Below, piece after piece: positions 9,491 through 19,207 of a stretch of 64,000 nucleotides of DNA. Within the stretch, counting starts at the first letter, position 1, and every line of letters begins with the position of its first letter. The DNA comes from Oopsacas minuta. Lineage: Eukaryota > Animalia > Porifera. The notes under the pieces were generated by a model. The model did not search any database. It was not told the DNA's origin and saw only the letters and a program-made list of their open reading frames with translations. The DNA is taken from the NCBI GenBank assembly GCA_024704765.1, contig JAKMXF010000354.1, forward strand, positions 171,690-235,689, read 5' to 3'. The translations under genes and the position numbers were made by a program.

Positions 9491-11617
9491 ATGTTTAGCA
9501 AATCTTTATTTAAATTATCCAGTTTGTTACCCCGACGAACTATTATAAATCTCAGATATTTCAGTTCCTATGAATATATCAAGGTGGAGAAGAAAGGTAA
9601 GAATGGCTGTGTACAGCTGATACAACTCAATCGTCCTAAAGCTCTGAATGCTCTCTGTAACGCTCTGCTTATGGAGTTAGGAGACTCTCTCAGAGCTGGA
9701 GAAGCTGATGAATCAGTAGCAGCATTCGTGTTGACTGGAAGTGAGCGCTCGTTTGCAGCCGGAGCAGATATTAAAGAGATGCAGGACATGACTCTACAGG
9801 TATATTTATTTATTTGTTGTGTTTTCTTTATGCAATGTTTGGTTAAATTTGTAATACAATTTGATTTTATGCCTTTTACAAGATTAGTTTAATTCTGAAG
9901 CCAAATAAAGCTAGTTAAAGCAGGCGAATAAATGGCTTACAATTCTAATAAACAAACAATACGATGGAAGTTGGTCTTTTGTATCAGAATATGAGGATAA
10001 TAATAATAATAATAATACAATAAATAAAGAGTCTATCAAAAGGGGAGAGTCCAATTCTTATCGCTCTCCAGGTAATACATATTGTTGGGAACAAGAATCT
10101 GATGATGATAGTAACTATAATGGAGTATTTAGCAATGATTTTAAAACTAGTTTGGATAATAAACTGAGTAGTGACAAAGAATTGTCAATGAAAACACTCA
10201 GCGTTGATCAAAAAAAGTTTTATTTGTATTTAAGAAAGAACGATTTTGGAAGATTTATTCGGATTTTAGAGGAAACTAAGAACTTTGCAAATAATAATAT
10301 TATAATTCCAGAAAGTCTTTTGGAAGATTTTGTTACTATTTTAAATGAATTCACGTATAAAGCACAAGACAAGAGAACTAATTTAGAAACGATACAAGGG
10401 AGATATTCTGATAGAATTGCAAGGAAAACATTGAAACAGCATTCTAAGTCAATATTCATTGAACTTAGAGAGAACATGATGGGGAAATTTGTAAAGATAA
10501 CATCTCTACTACGTCAGAGTAGACAACACATAATAATACCTGCTGCAGGTATATCAGCACTTAATTCTGTAGTAGAAGCTATGATGCATGAATCAGCTTT
10601 GATTAGTAGAGATTATATGAGTGAGCCTAATAGTACTCTTGATAGAAATAACGAAATGTTTTCTCCTTCTAAAACCCTTGCGAAATATGACAGATTACCT
10701 CAATCACCAGGAGAATTAGCGAATACTCAGCTAGGATCAATAGCAAGTCTATCCATTAGCTCACAATTATATTTTGATGTTGTATATGCAGGAGATCAGG
10801 AAGTGGAGTTAAAGATAGCAGACAAGACAACTGATACATCTCTGTTTATAGCTCACAAAAACTGGACCTCGTGTATGAAGGCATTGCAGTTGTTAATTGA
10901 TAAATACCCGTTTCAAAATGATCTCAATAATTAGATGTAGATGAGGTTTCGTATTTTCGGTGCTTATATAAACAGAATGTATTAAATATGCGATTCATAT
11001 GAGCGAAATAAATTTTATACATAAATTCCTATTTTCCATACACATATATTAATGTATATTTATATTCATAGGGTTGTATCAAAAATCAGTTCCTCTCTAA
11101 CTGGGATGTTCTGGCTAAGGTTAGGAAGCCTGTAATCGCGGCTGTTAACGGCTATGCATTGGGAGGAGGTTGTGAGATTGCTATGATGTGTGACATCATC
11201 TTCGCAGGAGAGAAGGCTAAGTTCGGACAGCCAGAGATAAACCTCGGTACTATCCCTGGTGCGGGTGGTACACAGAGGTTGATACGAGCTGTAGGTAAGT
11301 CATTAGCAATGGAAATGTGTCTATCTGGTCTACCAATTGATGCTAAGAAAGCTCTCTCATTTGGTCTGGTGAGTCGTGTCTGTCCCCCGGATAAACTTGT
11401 GGATGAGGCCATACAGCTAGGAGAGAAGATTGCCCAACAATCCAAACTGATTGTATCAATCTGTAAAGATGCTGTGAACAGTTCTTACGAACTTGGTCTG
11501 CAGGAAGGATTAAAATGTGAGAAGAGATTATTCTACACAACATTTGGTACTGAAGACAGGAGAGAGGGAATGACAGCTTTTGTTGAGAAGAGAGCTCCTA
11601 AATTTGTCGAAAATTGA
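9491..11617 (+). CDS. ECHS1: Mitochondrial short-chain enoyl-CoA hydratase; 2 exons: 9491-9800, 11072-11617
   Basis: Presequence-like N-terminus, then [13 protein letters not shown] and [11 protein letters not shown]. Donor cag|gtatat at 9800 and acceptor catag|ggt at 11071, phase 0. Continues [45 protein letters not shown] and [16 protein letters not shown]. Confidence 0.97.
10152..10934 (+). CDS. Pur-repeat (Pur-alpha-like) nucleic-acid-binding protein nested in the ECHS1 intron; frame is open from 9915 and the start is unresolved
   Basis: Repeat [33 protein letters not shown] and repeat [41 protein letters not shown] resemble Pur repeats ([31 protein letters not shown]). Repeat III (SSQLYFDV...) is divergent. 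Confidence 0.75.
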   Translation: MDNKLSSDKELSMKTLSVDQKKFYLYLRKNDFGRFIRILEETKNFANNNIIIPESLLEDFVTILNEFTYKAQDKRTNLETIQGRYSDRIARKTLKQHSKSIFIELRENMMGKFVKITSLLRQSRQHIIIPAAGISALNSVVEAMMHESALISRDYMSEPNSTLDRNNEMFSPSKTLAKYDRLPQSPGELANTQLGSIASLSISSQLYFDVVYAGDQEVELKIADKTTDTSLFIAHKNWTSCMKALQLLIDKYPFQNDLNN

Positions 11618-12510
11618 TTTTAACTTAGGTGATTTATAATATGTATTTTTACTACTGTCTTAACTTCGCTTATAATTGAAGAGATACGATTTTCTCTAGA
11701 ATGGTTACTGTAGCAAGAGTAATTACCTCTTATGTACCGTCTCTCTATGAATAAGCGCCTAGGGTTGCACTGAATGAAAATGAAACAACACAAGTTTCTA
11801 TAACTGAATACATGCTAAGCGTTAGCTTGCATAAAATATACATGTCGGGCGCGGGCGCTCATTCAGTGAAATGTATTGATTATACAGCCGAACCTCTTCG
11901 ATCTGGGCAATATTTTTCCAAAAAGTTTTGAATTTACAGCTAATGTCCCTTATAATAGAGCTATCTTCAGTTGTACTTCATGTCTAACACGTAGCTTAAG
12001 TAGCCACAAACTGTTATACATCTAGATTCGCCAATTCAAATGCATCTCAATATTTTGTGTTATGTACAAATTGGATCTCCCATAGAGTTATTGTTATTTC
12101 TGAGATCCGTGTACCCTCCTGACGAGACTGTCCGTATCTCAGAGGTTCTACTGTAGTATAGACAATTTTTATAAAGAAAATGAATCTATCCAAAAAGGGT
12201 ATGAAATTTGGTAGACTATAATTGGGGATTAGAAAATATAGATATTAGGTGTTTCAGCATACGAATGACTTTCTTTAATACTTATATGGACAAAAATACT
12301 CGCTGCGCCTTCTTCAATTGCAGCCATTATTGTCGGCAGTATGCTCAGCACTTTGTGCCTCGGATTGCCATAAGTGTAAAACAGCTATCAGTAAATATCC
12401 ATCCCTTGTGCGCCAAAAATCAGCCCTTATATACGAACTTTATTATTGAAACAAAGTATATATCCACAGTAGCTGCATGAACCGTGCATCTAGATAGCGT
12501 ATAATTTAGT

Positions 12511-15378
12511 ATGCAAACTGACAACTGCATCATTCCAGAGTCTAACATATCTCCTACAGTCTCCAGACAATCTCTATTACGACTATCTCATTCTGAAGAT
12601 TCTGAGTCAGTAGCGGACAACTGTGAAACACTCCCACTTTTAATTCCAGATAGCTCCCAACAGGAAATAGATCCAGATATGTTGTTCATAAAATCTTCTC
12701 AAGCTTGTCAGTACTCAGTTGATGCAATCATCACACAACTCAGAGTAAGTCAGACACAGGGACTGTCTCATAATGACGTAATTGAGAGACGTCGTATGGC
12801 TGGATGGAATGAATTCCAGGAAGATCCTAGCCCCCCTCTATGGTTACGATACTTGGAACAGTTCAAAGACCCTCTGATACTACTGCTACTGGTATCAGCT
12901 GTTGTCAGTTTGTTAATGCGTCAGTTTGATGATGCCTTTAGTATAACAGCTGCTATCCTCATAGTAGTAACAGTAGCGTTTGTCCAGGAGTACAGAAGCG
13001 AGAAGAGCTTAGAGGCTTTGAAACGACTAGTCCCGTACAAATGTCATGTGTTACGCGAAGCTAAACCTCAGGTCATATCCGCTCGTGAACTGGTACCAGG
13101 AGATATCGTGTTGTTACAGGCAGGAGATAGAGTTCCTGCTGACGTAAGACTGTTTGATATCAATTCTTTCTCTGTTGACGAATCAGGATTCACAGGGGAG
13201 AGCAAGGTTTCTGCTAAATCCGCTTCTGTTGTTGATAAGGAAAGTGATTTTGCAGAGAGACTGAACATATCATATATGGGGACACTGGTGCGGACTGGTA
13301 ACGCTAAGGGGGTTGTGATAGGAACAGGAGAGCAGTCAGAGTTTGGTGAGATATTTCGCGCTATGCAACAAGAAGAAGCTCCAAAGACTCCACTACAAAG
13401 GAACATGGCTAGTCTAGGCAAACAGCTGTCAGTTATCAGTCTCGTAATAATCGGACTGATTCTCCTACTGGGCTGGATACAAGGTAGACCTCTCCTTGAA
13501 ATGTTCACTATAGCCGTGAGTCTAGCAGTAGCAGCTATACCAGAAGGTCTGCCTATTGTAGTTACAGTTACACTAGCATTGGGGGTAATGCGTATGGCTA
13601 ATAGGAAAGCTATTGTAAAGAAGCTTCCTACTGTTGAGACGTTAGGATGTGCTACGGTAGTGTGTACAGATAAAACAGGTACACTAACTCTCAATGAAAT
13701 GAATGTTTCACAGATCTACACTTCAAGAGGCGTACACTTGACAGTAGACATAGGAACTAGTTCTATGTGTGACGAGCAGGGAGGTAGAGTTTCTCTGAGA
13801 GAGACTCCTGACCTCGAATCTCTCGTTCTAGCAGGTACACTTTGTAACAATGCACGTATTGATGCAGATGGTAAGTTGCTGGGACAGTCTACAGAAGGAG
13901 CTCTTCTCCGTCTCTCTCAGAAACTGGGTGTCTCTCATCTGAGGAGATCGTACAAGCGTCTAACCGAGCATCCTTTCAGCAGTGAGTCTAAAGTTATGTC
14001 TGTCTTAGTTTCAAATATTAACGAACCTATTAAACAGCTATGGTACATTAAGGGCGCGTTAGAGAATGTTCTCCCAAATTGTCGCTCCTTCTTCGGACAT
14101 AAAGAATTACTGACTGAGGAAGATAGAGAAGATATCCGTTCAGCTGCTCTCATGATGGGAAGGAAGAGTTTGAGAGTATTGGCTGTAGCTCAGGGACCAG
14201 AAACTGATCAGCTGTTTTTCTTAGGTCTCTTTGGGATACGAGACCCTATAAGACCGGGGGTAACAGAGTCGGTGAACTCTCTCTTGTGTGGAGGAGTTAA
14301 GGTTAAGATGGTGACAGGTGACGCGAGAGAGACTGCCATGAGTATAGCAAGAGATCTGGGGCTAGTAGCTAGCTCTCTCTCTGAGATTGAATCTGCTGCT
14401 CATATAGCTGTATCCGGTAAGGAATTAGAAGATATGGACAGTCGTAATAAGGAAGATGCTATCAATAGAGCTGTAGTGTTCTACCGTGTTACTCCTAAAT
14501 TAAAGATAGCAATTGTACGTGCGTTACAAGCTCGTAAGGAGGTAGTGGCGATGACAGGAGATGGAACCAATGACGCAATAGCAGTGAGAGGAGCAGACAT
14601 AGGTGTGGCTATGGGGAAGAGTGGAACAGATGTCTGCAGAGAAGCTGGCGACCTAATCCTGATTAACGACAATTTTTCTACAATAATGGCTGCAATTGAA
14701 GAAGGTAAAGGTATATTCTACAATATCAGGAACTTTCTCAGATTTCAGCTCAGTACAAGTATTGCTGCTATTGCTCTAATTGCTATTGCAACCCTCATTG
14801 GATACCCTAATCCTCTTAATGCAATGCAGATTCTATGGATTAATATTATAATGGACGGACCTCCTGCTCAGAGCTTGGGGGTAGAGCCAGTAGACAGAGA
14901 TGTAATGAATAAACCACCTAGACAGGTGCATAAGGCTGTTCTCAGCTGGCGCATACTATTCGGAGCTGTTCTGAATGCATTTGTCATCGTATTGGGAGTA
15001 ATGTGGGTGTTCCAGCATGAAATGCAGGATAAAGCTATTACAAGGAGAGACACGACAATGACATTTACTTGCTTTGTGCTATGTGATATGTTCAATGCAC
15101 TCAGCTGTAGGTCTCAAGAGAAGTCAGTATTCCAGCTGGGATTCTTTACCAATACTACTTTTCTAATCGCAGTCGGATTCAGTCTATTCGGTCAGCTGAT
15201 GGTTATATATTTCGGCCCTCTACAATCTATTTTCCAGACAGAAGCTCTGACTATAAATGACCTCCTAACTCTTACAGCTATTGCATCTTCTGTCTGGTTA
15301 GCAGATGAGGTGAGGAAGCTTGTGGTAAGGTGCTGGAGATCTCATACCTCATCCAAAGGCAAACTTTATGATTATTGA
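12511..15378 (+). CDS. ATP2C1: Secretory-pathway Ca2+/Mn2+ P2A-type ATPase (SPCA1/PMR1); intronless
   Basis: 955 aa with TGES (GFTGESK), VAAIPEGLP, phosphorylation motif CTDKTGTLT, KGA, DPIRPG, MVTGD, TGDGTND and SPCA-type WINIIMDGPPAQSLGVEPVD. Confidence 0.95.
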   Translation: MQTDNCIIPESNISPTVSRQSLLRLSHSEDSESVADNCETLPLLIPDSSQQEIDPDMLFIKSSQACQYSVDAIITQLRVSQTQGLSHNDVIERRRMAGWNEFQEDPSPPLWLRYLEQFKDPLILLLLVSAVVSLLMRQFDDAFSITAAILIVVTVAFVQEYRSEKSLEALKRLVPYKCHVLREAKPQVISARELVPGDIVLLQAGDRVPADVRLFDINSFSVDESGFTGESKVSAKSASVVDKESDFAERLNISYMGTLVRTGNAKGVVIGTGEQSEFGEIFRAMQQEEAPKTPLQRNMASLGKQLSVISLVIIGLILLLGWIQGRPLLEMFTIAVSLAVAAIPEGLPIVVTVTLALGVMRMANRKAIVKKLPTVETLGCATVVCTDKTGTLTLNEMNVSQIYTSRGVHLTVDIGTSSMCDEQGGRVSLRETPDLESLVLAGTLCNNARIDADGKLLGQSTEGALLRLSQKLGVSHLRRSYKRLTEHPFSSESKVMSVLVSNINEPIKQLWYIKGALENVLPNCRSFFGHKELLTEEDREDIRSAALMMGRKSLRVLAVAQGPETDQLFFLGLFGIRDPIRPGVTESVNSLLCGGVKVKMVTGDARETAMSIARDLGLVASSLSEIESAAHIAVSGKELEDMDSRNKEDAINRAVVFYRVTPKLKIAIVRALQARKEVVAMTGDGTNDAIAVRGADIGVAMGKSGTDVCREAGDLILINDNFSTIMAAIEEGKGIFYNIRNFLRFQLSTSIAAIALIAIATLIGYPNPLNAMQILWINIIMDGPPAQSLGVEPVDRDVMNKPPRQVHKAVLSWRILFGAVLNAFVIVLGVMWVFQHEMQDKAITRRDTTMTFTCFVLCDMFNALSCRSQEKSVFQLGFFTNTTFLIAVGFSLFGQLMVIYFGPLQSIFQTEALTINDLLTLTAIASSVWLADEVRKLVVRCWRSHTSSKGKLYDY

Positions 15379-18300
15379 GTAGCGAGTACACATGCAGACA
15401 GAGATACATATATTAATATGGAATGGAATGGGCTAAAGGGATTGCATATTTTATTTTGGTAATAACTTTCTAAACTAGGATATTCTTTCATAAATGCTAT
15501 CATTCACTTCATCAATATCAATTCTAAATTATTGTAATTCTAATGATTCTCTAGTGTTACCGTATTAGGTAACACTAGCTATAATTATAGGGCTGTCACG
15601 AAATATTGGCTCCTCTGAAAAATTGGCCCTACTATGGAATTTTGGTCCCCCCCCGGTTTTATGTTTATCTAATTAGTAAATAAATAAATATCATCAAATT
15701 GATATAAGATTAACTTTTGAGGACTCAGGAACTGATATAAGAGGTGTATTAATACCTAAAAAGCTTGATAGATAGCTAGATAGATAAATAATCAGTGTTA
15801 CAGCGGTCCGAGAATTTCATGGACCGAACCGGACCGTCATTGTTTTTTCTGGGACGGTCTAGGCTGATAGGATAAACCTGGTAATTTCGTATTCAGCCAC
15901 CCTAAGGATAATATTGGCAAGTTTGGTGGAACATTAGCCTCAACACTTGTCCGAAGAAGCGGGACATTTGTATATTGGCTCAGGTCATCATTAAATGGTT
16001 GGCTATCTATACGCTATATATTTACTTATTTATTAATAACTTAACATACTTATATTATAGATAAACAGAAAACCATTAACAACAATTTTAGGCTGAAGTA
16101 TATACCGTTGATACACTATGCAGTCAGAGTCGTAACCACCACAGGAAGACAAAAATGTTATTCATAATAAAAAGACTTCGTATTAAGCTAAAATATTTTG
16201 GTAGAAAAGTATTTGTATTTGTAACTAAACACTTTCAAAGTAATGGATCCAATTTCTGATCTCCACTAAATAGTGTTGGGGGGGGGGGCATGGCCCCATT
16301 GGCCTCACCTAGTCGTATGTCCCTGTGTGCCAGATCCCTCGCGCCTCGCTACCCATAAATTAACGGGAACTCTTACTATATGTTTATGGTGATTATCAAA
16401 AATGTTAATAGAATTCAATTTCTGCTGTGACTAGAGTGTCGGTAAGGGTACGCAACTTTTTCTTCTTGAAATGCCGGCAGAACGTTTGATGTGGTTCTAC
16501 GTCATTTTGACGTAAAGGCACATATTTTCAAGGCTGTTTTTCAGCTGCGAAAATTTACCAATAAAAGTGGTTATGAAGGAAAATAAGTTAGAAAATGTAC
16601 AAATTGCAATAGGATCATCTACAAACACGAAGCCGGGGACGCTTATCATGAACCCAGTCGGTGGTCCAAATAAAATCATTCCTATAGGATTTGCCTTAAA
16701 TCAAGTTCACTCAATATGAAGTCTAGTTATTCTGAACAAGTTTTTGGTCCTGTGGGGATCGCAATAAGCGACCCTGAGTGTAATAGGTAAATACATTGGC
16801 GGACTGTTTTCGTATACTGTATTTACATACACACTACACAGGAATAGAAAGTTTTACAGTCTAATCATACAAAGTTATAAAATGTATATATTTAGAAATG
16901 AATGCAACGAAATATTACCAGATAAACTTGAAAAGCGCAGACCCATTATTTATTAGGAGGGTAAAATGATAGTGAATGTGTTTATTTTCCTAAAACTCAT
17001 ATGTTGATTGACATATAAAATTACAATAACTCCCTCTAGCCAAGAGAAGGAGATCGAAAATTAGAGGGAGGAAATGTTTCTAGGAGAAATTACTTTAATA
17101 TTGTACAAATCTATACAAATTTGACAAATTGATTATCATATACGTAAAATGTCATAACAAATACTTGACAACTGTGTTGTTATGGATCTGCGACAATTCG
17201 CCTTTGAGGCTCATCTCAAAATCTACATACAATTACACAATATCTAATTTCTAGTTAATTTGTATTATTGACAAAAAATAGGTCAAATAGTTAGATAGGG
17301 GTCATCACAATTAAATCAGGTAAGGTAACCCTATGTATCCGGACCTAGTAATGTAACGTTTTACCTTGTATTTATAGGGAACAACTTTCAATATAACATA
17401 CTAAAGGTTCATTAATATTTATAACTACTTTCTAGTCCTTAATTCAAACTTAGGACTTGCATGACTGCGCGAATTTCCTAAATATTTCGAGCACATTTTA
17501 CAGTCATGTACTGCTGTAACAATCCAGCTTTTGGTAGGCTAGACCAGGGGGGATTGGGGGCTTAAAACGGCCCTTACAAATAGTACTATACCAATTACGC
17601 TTATCAACCCACCGGCCACCAGCCCACGAGTTTATCTTACTGGCGTTTTCCCGGTATCCCGACGACCTAATCCGCCCCTGGGCTGGACTAATACTGTTTT
17701 GCAACTTCTGCCAAAACCTCATTTTCCTGCTAAAATTCAAATACAAACTTCAGTCACACCATTCCCTTTATTCCAGTGCTATATGGCACACGTCACTGGA
17801 AAATTGACCCAAGATGCATTTGACAGCTGTAATAATTTCATTCTGATGAAAACAAGACTTGGAGGAAATTGGATTTGTCATCTCACAGATAAACGATCAG
17901 ACTAAAATATCAAAACAACATTTACAACAAAAAGTGCCGAATACAATTATCAACAGTTATAATCTCAACTATCTTTACACTATTCACAGAGTACCGTTGG
18001 AACCTAAGCAACAACCGAATCACAGTTATTGTGCAGGTACATCACGGCATGAAGCGACCTAGCGAGTGTAGCTCGCTAGCTCTTTATTTAAAGGAATTAT
18101 TATTATTATCTTATCTCTCCTGCCAGTTCAGTGATTTTATAATGTATTAATTCGTACACTTACGATAACATGGCTAACATCATGGAACACTAAGGTCATA
18201 ACAAATTTACTAGACTACACGTATGTATTATTGGAAAGATGAATTTGATTTGTAAGGGGTTTTACATCTATTCATTAAATTTCTACACAAGTACGATAAC

Positions 18301-18786
18301 ATGACTCCGATACAGTATTTAATGTTGGAAATATTGTAATTTACAATAATTCAAGTAATATTTATAAATACGAGGGAATATAATTTGTTCTTTAAAGATC
18401 TTTTTATTCCTCTGATGGTAAGTATGTATTTCAATTCAGTTATTTAATGCTTGCTAATATTAAGTATTCTTTACTTATCTAATCTATCTCAGAGAAAAAT
18501 AATTGCCCTAAGCAAATTATAATAATCTTATAAAATTCGTAGAAACTTTTTAATACAATCAACATCAGATAACCTGAACCTGAGGGAAATCAAATCCGTT
18601 CGTGATGGAGAATGTTCGAGTTAACGGATGACCTCCATTTAAGGTCCCAATTTCCCCTGCGACACTTCTCAAATGATTAAGAGCTGATATTTTTACTGCT
18701 TATTCAGTTTTTGTTTGTTTCAAAAATGCAATAATTACATTCTTATCAAAAATTGTAAAAAATTACATTTTAATTAATATACTATA

Positions 18787-18914
18787 CAGTTAACATCCTA
18801 TAACTCGAACCCTGAAAATCTGTTCGAGTTAACCCGCATTCGAGATAGCGAACGGTTTTTCTATATAAAACGAGGGGAAATGAAAATTCTTTCGAGTTAC
18901 CCGGATGTTGACTG
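18787..18914. mobile_element. TA-flanked MITE (Tc1/mariner/pogo-type ends)
   Basis: TA|cagttaacatcctataactcgaa ... ttcgagttacccggatgttgactg|TA; imperfect ~23-bp TIRs and a TA target duplication. Confidence 0.7.
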
Positions 18915-19207
18915 TATGTTAATTATCATTTTAATCCTGTGTCATAATCTGCTCCCCGGTATGCTGAATTCGTTTTCGCTCATTTAAGTACACATAATTA
19001 AATTCACTATCCTATTCAACTCAAAGCTTTCACTCCGTGCAGCTAGTGAATATTTAATACGAATACGTATATTCTTTTTCAAGGTCGTCAAAAATGGATT
19101 GGGTCTGCAGTTTCAAGAGTTAGCATTGTAAAGTACAATCAATCAATTAATTGCAATCTACTTTATCCTCAAATGATATCTTGAATAATAATTGAAATTC
19201 AAGATTA

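Noticed and set aside
13068-13694. 208-aa antisense ORF within ATP2C1, and similar antisense or shifted ORFs in TPR, BAG6, NUBP1, ECHS1 and the GPCR
   Set aside because: Shadow ORFs of well-supported genes, with no recognisable motifs.
16497-17905. Short ORFs of 60-80 aa in the gene-free interval
   Set aside because: No homology-like motifs; they overlap probable repeat debris.
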